NCBI GenBank assembly: GCA_045863235.1
Contig: BTUM01000020.1
Span: 43,287 to 107,286 of the forward strand
DNA from: Candidatus Xenobia bacterium
GTDB taxonomy: Bacteria; Vulcanimicrobiota; Xenobia; Xenobiales; QWHO01
Length of the DNA stretch: 64,000 bases
Direction of reading: 5' to 3'
Shown here: piece by piece, positions 9,396-18,031 of the stretch
How positions within the stretch are numbered: position 1 is the first letter of the stretch
Layout of the letters: the number at the start of each line of letters is the position of its first letter
Position numbers and translations under genes: made by a program
Notes under the pieces: generated by a model
Databases searched by the model: none
The model's input: the letters and a program-made list of their open reading frames with translations, nothing else
What the model was told of the DNA's origin: nothing

Positions 9396-10742
9396 TTAAC
9401 CCCACAGGATCCAGGTGACGGCCAGCTCGCCTCCGGTCTTGATGTTGAGCATGTCGTTGCCCGACAGGCGCATCAGGGGCACCCCGATCTTCTGAGAGAA
9501 CAGGTAGGGATCGAAGTCCACCCGGAAGGGTTGATACTCCCAGCCCTCCCCTGAGGGCACCGGGCACTCGAATTGCGGGATGAAAACTCGCTCCTGAGCC
9601 ACGTAGCGCTTGCTGATGGCCGTTTGGACGGCCGTTTGCCAATCCGAGTCGGAAAGCTCCCAGCCCAGGTAGATTCCGTCTCCACCCCAGCCATCGGCAG
9701 GCTTGAGCACCAGAGTCTCGCGGCGCTCGAGCAGAGTGCTCACCACCGGGCCGTCCTCTACGATGGCGGTCCAGGGTACGATGCGGCGGATGAACTGCAA
9801 CTCGTCGGCATCGAGCAGCTCTTCCATCTCCTCGCGATGGAACAGGGCCAGCAGCGACTTGATGGTGAGGGGCTTGGCCCGGAAGGGGTTGACCATGCAC
9901 ACCGCCCCGGCCCGGTAGGCGTCGAGCAGGGCCTGCGCTTCCTCGCCCCGGGCCAGCAGGTCCTCGACCAGCACCCGCCGGTAGACCACATCGATGGGCT
10001 TGCCGTCGTAGTCGAGCAGACGGCCGTTCTTGAACTCGAGCTCGCGCGGGTCGGAGACCACGGTGTCGATCCCGTGGCCCTTGAAGTGGTCGCGCAGGAG
10101 GGCGAACTCGGCGTGGGTGCTGACGGTGACCCAGTCCACGATGGCGATGCGGGGGCTGCCCGAGCCCCCCCAGCTCTTCCACGAGCGGAGCAGCACTTCC
10201 AGAATGCTGGGGTCGCAGGGCAGATAGTGGCCCGGGTGAAGCTGGGCAAACTGTTTCCAGGTCTCGGTCTGGGAGATGATGTCCCAGCAAGCGTCCATGA
10301 AGGCGGCCCCGCCGGGGCTGTCGATGTTCAGCTCCACGATGCGGTAGCCCGAGTCGTCGGGGCTCTGGGGCGGCCCCAGAAACCCGTCCACGCGCGAAAC
10401 GTGGGAGCCGTGGGGGAGGCTGGCCGGCAGCCGGATGAGGTCGCGCTCCTGGGGCGAGATGCCCAGCAGCTCCATCCAGCGGGGACGATGCAGGATGGGC
10501 TCGAGGCGGATCAGGATCTTGAGCAGCTGGGCCATCTCGCGGTTGACCGGCTCGAGGCGCGAGCGGCTCACCAGAGCGGGGGCGAAGTTCAGCGGGATGG
10601 GACGATCCCCCACCACCAGCCCGGCCTTGCGCAGGCGCTCGCGGACGGCCTCCAGCTCCTGGCGCGTGCCAGCGGGGTCTTTCTCCAGCAGCGAGCGGAA
10701 GGTGTCAGCGGCCTTCTGGGCAGCGGGGTCGGTGTGCGTCAT
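9396..10742 (-). CDS. Circularly permuted ATP-grasp (glutathionylspermidine-synthase-like) ligase
   Basis: SRVDGF, ELNIDSPGG, IDVVYRR, VNPF, VLKPADGWGG.GIYLG and YVAQE motifs; ATG at 10742 overlaps the upstream stop. Confidence 0.8.
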   Translation of the reverse strand: MTHTDPAAQKAADTFRSLLEKDPAGTRQELEAVRERLRKAGLVVGDRPIPLNFAPALVSRSRLEPVNREMAQLLKILIRLEPILHRPRWMELLGISPQERDLIRLPASLPHGSHVSRVDGFLGPPQSPDDSGYRIVELNIDSPGGAAFMDACWDIISQTETWKQFAQLHPGHYLPCDPSILEVLLRSWKSWGGSGSPRIAIVDWVTVSTHAEFALLRDHFKGHGIDTVVSDPRELEFKNGRLLDYDGKPIDVVYRRVLVEDLLARGEEAQALLDAYRAGAVCMVNPFRAKPLTIKSLLALFHREEMEELLDADELQFIRRIVPWTAIVEDGPVVSTLLERRETLVLKPADGWGGDGIYLGWELSDSDWQTAVQTAISKRYVAQERVFIPQFECPVPSGEGWEYQPFRVDFDPYLFSQKIGVPLMRLSGNDMLNIKTGGELAVTWILWG

Positions 10743-11611
10743 CGAGGGCGGTTCGCAGGGCTCAGGCAGCCGTCCTGCAGTCGATAGCGGGCGCCGTAGA
10801 GAAAGGGCAGGTTGGCCGCCCCGTGGCCCACCGGCAGCCCGAAGACCAGAGGGACCCCCAGCCCGCGCAGGATGGGCTCGAGCACCTCCTCGGCGCTCCA
10901 GGGCTCGTCCGCGCTGGGAGCACAGTCCTCGAAGCTGCCCAGGGCCACGGCCAGAACCCCGTCCAGACAGCCCGACTCGCGCAGCTGCACGAGATAGCGG
11001 TCGAGGCGGTAAGGCTTCTCGTGCACGTCCTCGAGCAGCAGGATGGAGTCTCGAGCCGAGAGTTGGAAGGGCGTTCCGCACAGGCTGGCCAGCACGCACA
11101 GGTTGCCGCCCACCAGGGGGCCTTCAGCCTGACCCGCCACCACGGTGCGGCCTGCCAGATCGGGCACGGTATCTTCGGTCAGGAGGCTCTTCAGGGCCCG
11201 CCGACTTTCTTCGTCGGGGTGATGACCCAGACTGTGCAGCACCGGGCCGTGCACCAGCTCGGTCCAGCCCTTCCGGTGCAACGCCTGGTGAAGCACGGTG
11301 AGATCGGAGAAGCCCACCACCGGCCGGGGGTGGTTCCCAGGGTCGAGCTGGCCCAGCAAGCGGGCGGTGCCGTAACCGCCACGGCTGGCCCAGACCAGGT
11401 CGATGGCAGGGTCCTGGAGCGCCCGCTGCAGCTCCTGCAAGCGCTCCTGGTCCGAGCCGGCAAAGTAGAGCTCCCGGCGCTCGGGGGGCAGCACCGGCTC
11501 GAAACCCCAGCTGGCGATCAGCTCGGCATTCTGCTCGAGCTTCTTTCGGTCGGGCGGACCTGAGGGAGAGACCACGGCAACCCGGGCACCGGGACGAAGC
11601 GGCAGGCTCAA
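10739..11611 (-). CDS. LD-carboxypeptidase (peptidase S66)
   Basis: VVSPS, RGGYG, GFSDLT, GGNL, LLEDV.E.PY..DR and PVGHG motifs. Confidence 0.92.
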   Translation of the reverse strand: MSLPLRPGARVAVVSPSGPPDRKKLEQNAELIASWGFEPVLPPERRELYFAGSDQERLQELQRALQDPAIDLVWASRGGYGTARLLGQLDPGNHPRPVVGFSDLTVLHQALHRKGWTELVHGPVLHSLGHHPDEESRRALKSLLTEDTVPDLAGRTVVAGQAEGPLVGGNLCVLASLCGTPFQLSARDSILLLEDVHEKPYRLDRYLVQLRESGCLDGVLAVALGSFEDCAPSADEPWSAEEVLEPILRGLGVPLVFGLPVGHGAANLPFLYGARYRLQDGCLSPANRPR

Positions 11612-12021
11612 CGCTCTTGCAGGCCTTCCCGGGTGGACCAGCGAGGGAAGTCGGCCGGCACGCCGGGATGGTTCTGGCCACGGCAGACCACCGTGCAGGA
11701 GCGCTGGTCGGGGCTGACCTGGTAGCCCTCGCGATAGGTCGGTTTGCCGACCGCGGGACAGAGCTGACGGGGATGCTCAGGGTCGAGGGCTTGCATGTAG
11801 GGCACCAGAGCCTCCCAGTCGGGAGGAAAGTGCCCCTCGTGCTCGCGGGCATAGAGCTCGAGGCAGCGCTGGATCCGGATCAGCGCCGTCTGGCAGGCCA
11901 GCAGCTGGCCCCGCTCGCGCGCCCCGGGCTGTAAGATGACCTTGCTCACCAGATAGGGCCCGCCCAGCACAATCAGAAGAGCAAAGCCGACCAGCAGGAG
12001 AATGACTTTCTTGCCGCTCAA
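11608..12021 (-). CDS. Small membrane-anchored protein, pilin/pseudopilin-like
   Basis: N-terminal TM helix followed by AR..GQL.AC...L..I...LELYA..H.G.FP..L.P and a CP motif. Confidence 0.6.
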   Translation of the reverse strand: MSGKKVILLLVGFALLIVLGGPYLVSKVILQPGARERGQLLACQTALIRIQRCLELYAREHEGHFPPDWEALVPYMQALDPEHPRQLCPAVGKPTYREGYQVSPDQRSCTVVCRGQNHPGVPADFPRWSTREGLQER

Positions 12022-12095
12022 GAGGGATGGATTCGCGGCCCGCCGGGTGGACCCTGGTCAAGGTGAGCAGTCACCTTCTGTCGAAGCCTCAAAGC

Positions 12096-12290
12096 ATGAA
12101 GATCGCCCGGGTTGTCCGCAAGCTCAAAATGGGGGAAGAGCCGACCGACTTTGCCTATTGGCAGTCGCGCCCCATGGAGGAGCGCCTGGAGGCCCTGCTC
12201 GAGATTCGGAGGGATTATCACGAGTGGCGCTATGGGTCTGAGCCAGGATTTGAAAGAGTTCTTACAATTACTCGAGACTCACCAGGTTGA
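12096..12290 (+). CDS. Small protein, probable partner of the downstream nucleotidyltransferase
   Basis: 64 aa containing DFAYWQSRPMEERLEAL; overlaps the next gene. Confidence 0.65.
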   Translation: MKIARVVRKLKMGEEPTDFAYWQSRPMEERLEALLEIRRDYHEWRYGSEPGFERVLTITRDSPG

Positions 12291-12672
12291 GTATCTCGTA
12301 GTTGGAGGGTTCGCTGTGGCGGCCCACGGCCATCCTCGCTACACCAAAGACATTGACCTCTGGGTTCGGCCCTCAGCCGAGAATGCCCGAAGGCTCGTGC
12401 ACTGTCTCCAGGAGTTCGGCTTTGCCTCCTTTGGCATCAAAGCGGAGGATTTCCTTGAGCCGGACGTGGTCATTCAACTCGGTCACCCACCCAACCGTAT
12501 CGACCTCCTGACCAGCCCGAGCGGTGTCGACTTTGAAGACTGCTATTCGAAGCGAGTGCGGACTGTGCTCGAGGGGGTGCCGATCAATCTGATCGACCTG
12601 GAGAGCTTGAAGGCGAACAAGCGAGCTTCCGGACGGCATCAGGATCTGGCCGACCTGGAGAACCTGAGTTGA
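12232..12672 (+). CDS. Minimal nucleotidyltransferase (DUF6036-like)
   Basis: YLVVGGFAV..HG.PRYTKDIDLW and L..NKRASGR.QDLADLE motifs. Confidence 0.85.
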   Translation: MGLSQDLKEFLQLLETHQVEYLVVGGFAVAAHGHPRYTKDIDLWVRPSAENARRLVHCLQEFGFASFGIKAEDFLEPDVVIQLGHPPNRIDLLTSPSGVDFEDCYSKRVRTVLEGVPINLIDLESLKANKRASGRHQDLADLENLS

Positions 12673-12682
12673 GAGAGGTTTG

Positions 12683-13729
12683 CTACTCCTCCAGGTCTCC
12701 ACGCTGGGGCTTGAGGGGAACGAGCACCGTGCGGTCGGGTGCCTCCACCCGGACGCGGTCCAGGAAGCAGCCTTCGCCGGTCTGGCTGGCGTCGGTCTGC
12801 ACCCGGAAGCGCAGCTCCACTGTCTTACCCTGGTAATCCGACAGGTCCAGGCGGTGCTCGCGCCAGTCGGAGCGGCCGGTCACACGCTCCACGGCCGTCC
12901 ACTGACCGTCCTTGGGCCGGGCTTCCACGTGCAGGAAGTCGGCCTCGGGCTCGAGGTCGTGGCGCAGGTCGAAGGCCAGCTCAGGCTTCTCGGTCCCGGC
13001 CAGCGAGATGGGCTGGCTCACCAGGCCCAGGTTGCTGAAGTTGCCGTAGCGGCCTCCCGGACTGTCGGTCCAGACCTTGCCACGGCCTTCCTCGTCGACC
13101 TTGCCCCAGTGGTCATTGCGGTGCAGGATGCCGTGCATGAAACGGCCCAGACGGTCGACGTCGCCGGCTGCTACCGCTTCTGCGTGCTTCTTGGAATGGT
13201 AGGCGTAGGTGCCGATCTTGCCTACCTGCAAGGCCAGGATGGCGGCCTGGGCAGGCAGCCCGGCCCCGGCTCCGATGGCCGCGAAACTTCCCGCCACGCC
13301 GATCTGCAGCACTCCGGCGATGGTCTGGGCGGTGTCCTTGTGGCGCACACCCTGGACGGCGAGATAGAGGCCCATGGCGCCCACGAAGCCGTTGCCGAGG
13401 AGGCCCGGAAGCATACTGCCCGCCCCCAGGCCCATCCGGGCCACGCCGTCGAACATCGCCTCGCGATCGCCGCGCACGTGGCCGCTGTTGAAGCGAGCCG
13501 CGCCCAGGCCCATGACCTTGAGGCCGTCCAGGATTCCCATGCTGGTCACGGCGCTGTGGTCGGTGGAGCCGATCAGGGCGGCGGTGGTCTCATCCAGGTC
13601 CATCAGGCAGAGCACGTCGCCCGTCACCTGGGCCGCTCGCGCAGGCAGCGGCTTGGCGGGTGAATGACCCGCAGGCGCACGGGAAGGTTCGCGACAGGTT
13701 GCCACGCTCAGTTGCACCCCTTGATCCAA
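12683..13729 (-). CDS. Hypothetical protein with Gly-rich hydrophobic helices and a C-terminal beta-sandwich domain
   Basis: C-terminal WTDSPGG.Y...LDLSDYQGKTVELRFR..TD....EG..LD pattern, like MAM/jelly-roll modules of secreted proteases; start uncertain. Confidence 0.7.
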   Translation of the reverse strand: MDQGVQLSVATCREPSRAPAGHSPAKPLPARAAQVTGDVLCLMDLDETTAALIGSTDHSAVTSMGILDGLKVMGLGAARFNSGHVRGDREAMFDGVARMGLGAGSMLPGLLGNGFVGAMGLYLAVQGVRHKDTAQTIAGVLQIGVAGSFAAIGAGAGLPAQAAILALQVGKIGTYAYHSKKHAEAVAAGDVDRLGRFMHGILHRNDHWGKVDEEGRGKVWTDSPGGRYGNFSNLGLVSQPISLAGTEKPELAFDLRHDLEPEADFLHVEARPKDGQWTAVERVTGRSDWREHRLDLSDYQGKTVELRFRVQTDASQTGEGCFLDRVRVEAPDRTVLVPLKPQRGDLEE

Positions 13730-13941
13730 TCATTTTGCTCTCAAAGATCTCTGAAGACGACAAAGCCCTCCATGAGCGAACCGTGGCCCAGATCTCTGCG
13801 AAACGCCCGGAGTGGTCCTGGTCGGGTGGACAGCGGCCGGGGCCTCGAGCTGGTCAGGGTCGGCGAAGTGCGGCACCCTGACGATCCGTTGCGTCCCGGC
13901 TCACGAGGGAACGCAGCCGCACCGCGCGAAGCGCCCGGCTT

Positions 13942-16533
13942 ATGAGCGAGATCCCCCAGAAGTACGACCACAATGCCGCCGAAGAGCGCTGGATGAAGCT
14001 GTGGGAGGAGTCCGGCATCTACCGCTGGGATCCCACCCGTTCGCGCGAAGAAACGTTTGTGGTGGACACCCCGCCCCCCACGGTGAGCGGCTCGCTCCAC
14101 GTGGGACACGTCTTCTCCTACACCCACCAGGATCTGATTGTGCGCTACCAGCGCATGCGGGGCAAGAACATCGCCTACCCGATGGGCTGGGACGACAACG
14201 GACTGCCCACCGAGCGGCGGGTGCAGAACATCTTCGGAATCCGCTGCAACCCGCGCCTGCCCTATGACCCCGAATGGAAGCCCCGGCGCGACAAGCCTGA
14301 CAACGACGTGGAGGAAGTCTCCCGGCGCAACTTCATCGAAGCCTGCGCCCTGGTGACGGTGGAGGACGAGGCTGCCTTCGAAGCCCTCTGGCGCCGGCTG
14401 GGCCTCTCGGTCGACTGGCGAGAGACTTACGCTACTATCGACGCCCACTGCCGCAAGATCTCCCAGCTCTCGTTCCTGGACCTGGTGGAGAAGGGTCAGG
14501 TCTACCAGGTGGAGGCGCCCACCATGTGGGACATCGACTTTCAGACCGCCGTGGCCCAGGCCGAGGTGGAGGACCGCGAGCGGGACAGCTTCTACCACGA
14601 CATCCGCTTTCAGGTCGAGGGGGGCGGCGACTTCGTCATCTCCACCACCCGCCCCGAGCTGCTGGCCGCCTGCGTGGCGGTGGCCGCCCACCCCGACGAC
14701 GAGCGCTTCAAGCCGCTCTTTGGCAAGCGAGCCATCACCCCGCTCTTTCACGCCGCCGTGCCCATCGTGCCGGCCGAGCATGCCGACCCCGAGAAGGGCA
14801 CGGGGATCTTGATGGTCTGCACCTTCGGCGATTCGGCCGACGTGGACTTCTGGAAGAAGTCGGGCCTGCCGCTCAAGCAGGTGGTCAGCTTGCAGGGCAC
14901 GCTCTTGCCCGTGACCTTCGGCACCGAGCCCTTCAGCAGCCTCGATCCGGCCGCCGCCCAGGTGGCCTACGATCAGCTGGCCGGCCAGCACCTCAAGAAG
15001 GCCCGGGCCCGCGTGGTGGAGCTTCTGGCCGAGGCCGGGGCCGGAGTGGGGGAGCCGCGCCCCACCAAGCAGTTCGTCAAGTTCTATGAGAAGGGCGACA
15101 GGCCGCTCGAGTTCGTGTCCAGCCGGCAGTGGTTCATCCGCCTGCTCGAGCACAAGGAGAAGCTGCTCGAGATGAGCCGCAAGATCGAGTGGCATCCGAG
15201 TCACATGCGCCTGCGGGTGGAGCACTGGATCGAGGGCCTCAACCAGGACTGGGCGGTGAGCCGCCAGCGTTACTTCGGAGTGGCCTTCCCGGTCTGGTAT
15301 CCGGTCGACCAGGACGGCCAGCCCGACCACCAGCAGCCGATCTACGCCAGCAAGGAGAGTCTGCCGGTGGATCCGCTCTCGGACGTGCCCCCGGGCTACA
15401 CCGAGGCCCAGCGCAACCAGCCGGGCGGCTTTACCGGCGACCCGGACGTGATGGACACCTGGGCCACCTCCTCGATGAGCCCTCAGATCATGAGCCACTG
15501 GGGCATCGATCCCAAGCGCCACGGGCGCCTGTTCCCGATGGATGTGCGCCCGCAGTCGCACGAGATCATCCGCACCTGGGCCTTCTACACCATCGTGAAG
15601 GCCTGGATGCACGAGGACACGATTCCCTGGAAAAACGTGACCATCAGCGGCTGGATCCTCGACCCGGACCGCAAGAAGATGAGCAAGTCCCGGGGCAACG
15701 TGGTCACCCCGGGGCACCTGCTGGAAAAGCACTCTTCTGACTCGGTGCGCTACTGGGCTGCCCGCGCTCGCCTGGGCACCGACACCGCTTTTGACGAGAA
15801 GGTGATGGAGCAGGGCTCGAAGCTTCGCACCAAGCTGTTCAACGCCAGCAAGTTCGTGCTGGGGGTCATGGAGCGCTCGGGCGCCAGGGCGGGAGGCCCG
15901 GACCAGATCACTCACCCGCTCGATCTGGCGATGGCCGCCAACCTGAGCGAGCTGGTGCGCCAGGCCACTGAGAGCTTCGACCGCTTCGACTACGCCGGGG
16001 CCCTTTCGGCCACGGAGGACTTCTTCTGGAACTTCTGCGACGACTACGTCGAGCTGGTCAAGCGCCGCAGCTACGAAGAGGAAGACTCGCCTGGCCGCCG
16101 CTCGGCCCTGGCCGCCCTCAAGCTTGGCCTGGAGACATTGCTGCGCCTGTTCGCGCCCACCATGCCGTACGTGACCGAGGAGATCTGGTCGTGGCGCCAT
16201 CCCGGTTCGATCCACAAGGCAGCCTGGCCGTCCGAGGACGAGTTCGCCACCGGCGGACGCGTCGAGCACCCGCAGGCCTATGCCTGTGCCGTGGAAGTGC
16301 TCAAGAAGGCTCGCATGGCCAAGACCGAGGGCAAGAAGAACCTGCGCTGGCCCATCGCCAGACTCGAGGTGGTGGGCAAGGAGGAGGACCTCGCGGCCCT
16401 GCGCACCGTGCTCGACGATGTGCTGCAGGCCGGCGCGGTGGAGCCGGAGGGCGTCACCTTGCAGGCCGGGGAAGCTGGCGGGTCGGAGCGCTTTGTGGTG
16501 AAGGCGGTGCTGGCCGAGTCCGGAGCGAGCTGA
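13942..16533 (+). CDS. valS: Valine--tRNA ligase
   Basis: DTPPPTVSGSLHVGH (HIGH), GWDDNGLPTER, WAVSRQRYFG, DTWATSS and KMSKS motifs. Confidence 0.97.
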   Translation: MSEIPQKYDHNAAEERWMKLWEESGIYRWDPTRSREETFVVDTPPPTVSGSLHVGHVFSYTHQDLIVRYQRMRGKNIAYPMGWDDNGLPTERRVQNIFGIRCNPRLPYDPEWKPRRDKPDNDVEEVSRRNFIEACALVTVEDEAAFEALWRRLGLSVDWRETYATIDAHCRKISQLSFLDLVEKGQVYQVEAPTMWDIDFQTAVAQAEVEDRERDSFYHDIRFQVEGGGDFVISTTRPELLAACVAVAAHPDDERFKPLFGKRAITPLFHAAVPIVPAEHADPEKGTGILMVCTFGDSADVDFWKKSGLPLKQVVSLQGTLLPVTFGTEPFSSLDPAAAQVAYDQLAGQHLKKARARVVELLAEAGAGVGEPRPTKQFVKFYEKGDRPLEFVSSRQWFIRLLEHKEKLLEMSRKIEWHPSHMRLRVEHWIEGLNQDWAVSRQRYFGVAFPVWYPVDQDGQPDHQQPIYASKESLPVDPLSDVPPGYTEAQRNQPGGFTGDPDVMDTWATSSMSPQIMSHWGIDPKRHGRLFPMDVRPQSHEIIRTWAFYTIVKAWMHEDTIPWKNVTISGWILDPDRKKMSKSRGNVVTPGHLLEKHSSDSVRYWAARARLGTDTAFDEKVMEQGSKLRTKLFNASKFVLGVMERSGARAGGPDQITHPLDLAMAANLSELVRQATESFDRFDYAGALSATEDFFWNFCDDYVELVKRRSYEEEDSPGRRSALAALKLGLETLLRLFAPTMPYVTEEIWSWRHPGSIHKAAWPSEDEFATGGRVEHPQAYACAVEVLKKARMAKTEGKKNLRWPIARLEVVGKEEDLAALRTVLDDVLQAGAVEPEGVTLQAGEAGGSERFVVKAVLAESGAS

Positions 16534-16539
16534 GCTGGG

Positions 16540-17316
16540 CTATTGGCAGATCGCCGAGTAGGCCGCGGCCAGCCTGAGGCAACGCTCGCGGTCGAGCGGC
16601 CCGGACCAGTGGCCGCCCTGCTTGATCCACGAGCCCACGATCAGTCCGTTCGCAGCCCGCAGGGCCGAGAGCTGGTCGGGGGTGACGCCTGAGCCGACCA
16701 ACACCGGCAGGCCGGTGGCGGCTTTGACCTCGGCCAGGTCTTCCGGCCGGGTGGGCTGGCCGGTCGAGGTGCCGGTGACGATCAGCCCGTCGGCCCCGAA
16801 GAACTCGGCCCCGCGGGCGGCCTCGGCCAGGCTCAGGTCGGCGGTCAGGGCGTGGGAGGCGTGCTTTTTCTTGATGTCGGCGTAGACCTGCACGCCCTGG
16901 GCCCCGATCGCGCGCCGGTAGCGCAGCAGGGGACCGGCTTCGGCCCGCTCGAGCAAGCCCTCGTCGGCCACATGGGCGAAAACGAAGTTCTCCACCCGCA
17001 CGAATTCGGCTCCGATGGCCAGGGCCACGGCCACCGCCTCGCGGGCACCCCCCGAGAGGATCTGCACCCCCATGCGAAGCTCGGGCACGGCCTGGCGCAC
17101 GGCGATGCCGATGCGGGTCATCACGGCCACGGTTTCGGGGGGGTGCTGGCCATGCACGTAGGGCGTATCGTGCATGTTCTCCAGGATCAGCCCGCCGAAG
17201 CCGGTCTCGGCCAGGATGCGAGCTTCCAGCACCGCCTGCTCCACCAGCCGCTCTACGCCGTCCTGGGAGCGGGGCGAGCCGGGCAGGGGCAGGGCATGGA
17301 CCATGCCGATGAGCAC
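16540..17316 (-). CDS. BtpA/SgcQ family protein
   Basis: LIGMVH.LPLPGSP, ENMHDTPY, DIKKKH, ADGLIVTG..TG and PVLVGSGVT motifs; GTG start at 17316. Confidence 0.9.
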   Translation of the reverse strand: MLIGMVHALPLPGSPRSQDGVERLVEQAVLEARILAETGFGGLILENMHDTPYVHGQHPPETVAVMTRIGIAVRQAVPELRMGVQILSGGAREAVAVALAIGAEFVRVENFVFAHVADEGLLERAEAGPLLRYRRAIGAQGVQVYADIKKKHASHALTADLSLAEAARGAEFFGADGLIVTGTSTGQPTRPEDLAEVKAATGLPVLVGSGVTPDQLSALRAANGLIVGSWIKQGGHWSGPLDRERCLRLAAAYSAICQ

Positions 17317-17320
17317 GGGC

Positions 17321-17953
17321 TCAGTCCTCGATGGCCACCTGCTGGCGGCAGAGGAAGTCCACCAGGTCGTCCACCGCTTGCCCGTAGCACACCTTGCGGC
17401 CGTCCGAGCCCTGGGTCCAGTCGCAACCCGGCGGGATGGCCACCTTGCGGCCATCGCTGCTCAGCGTCCAGTCCCCTCCGGGAGGAACGGCCACCTTGCG
17501 TCCGTCCGGGCCCTGGGTCCAGGTGTAGCCGTGCGGAATGGCAACGCGGCGCCCGTCCGGGCCCTCGGTCCAGTCGCCGCCAGAGGGAACGGCCACGCGG
17601 CGCCCGTCGCGACCCTCGGTCCAGGTCCAGCCCTGGGGTACGGCAATGCGGCGCCCATCACGCCCCTCGGTCCAGTCGCCGCCAGGGGGGATGGCCACCC
17701 GTCGGCCATCGCGCCCATCGGTCCAGTCCCAGTTATGGGGCAGGGCGATCTTGCGCCCGTCGCGGCCGTAGGTCACGTCGTCTTCAGCCGGGTAAGCCAC
17801 CCTCCGTCCGTCGCGGCCCTCGGCCCAGTCCCAGCCCTCGGGCACGGCCACCCGCCGGCCGTCCGAGCCGTTGCACCAGGTTCCCCGGGCTGCGCCGAGG
17901 CTGGCCGCCGGCAGGCGGGACGGAACTTGGTAGGGCGTGGCGGTGATGCGCAT
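17321..17953 (-). CDS. Tandem 17-aa repeat protein (W-T-E-G-x-D-G-R-R-V-A-V-P-x-G-x-D)
   Basis: Ten consecutive 17-aa units are visible in the translation. Confidence 0.8.
   Translation of the reverse strand: MRITATPYQVPSRLPAASLGAARGTWCNGSDGRRVAVPEGWDWAEGRDGRRVAYPAEDDVTYGRDGRKIALPHNWDWTDGRDGRRVAIPPGGDWTEGRDGRRIAVPQGWTWTEGRDGRRVAVPSGGDWTEGPDGRRVAIPHGYTWTQGPDGRKVAVPPGGDWTLSSDGRKVAIPPGCDWTQGSDGRKVCYGQAVDDLVDFLCRQQVAIED
17366..17880 (-). repeat. About 10 x 51-bp coding tandem repeat
   Basis: Degenerate 51-bp units encode the 17-aa repeats; boundaries approximate. Confidence 0.8.
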
Positions 17954-18031
17954 GGCGTGATGACTCCCCGGATTTTGGGCCAGTCTATCCCAGCGCGCGC
18001 TCCAGGGTTTTGTGGGAATGTTACAGGAGCG

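Noticed and set aside
13820..13882. Canonical T-box upstream of valS
   Set aside because: No intact TGGNACC bulge motif, specifier loop or U-rich terminator is visible.
13741..16269. Long antisense ORF (842 aa) and similar shadow ORFs, e.g. 2492-3916, 37231-39225, 41510-43234, 43005-44786
   Set aside because: They lie opposite well-supported genes; long antisense frames are expected in high-GC DNA and these show no motifs.
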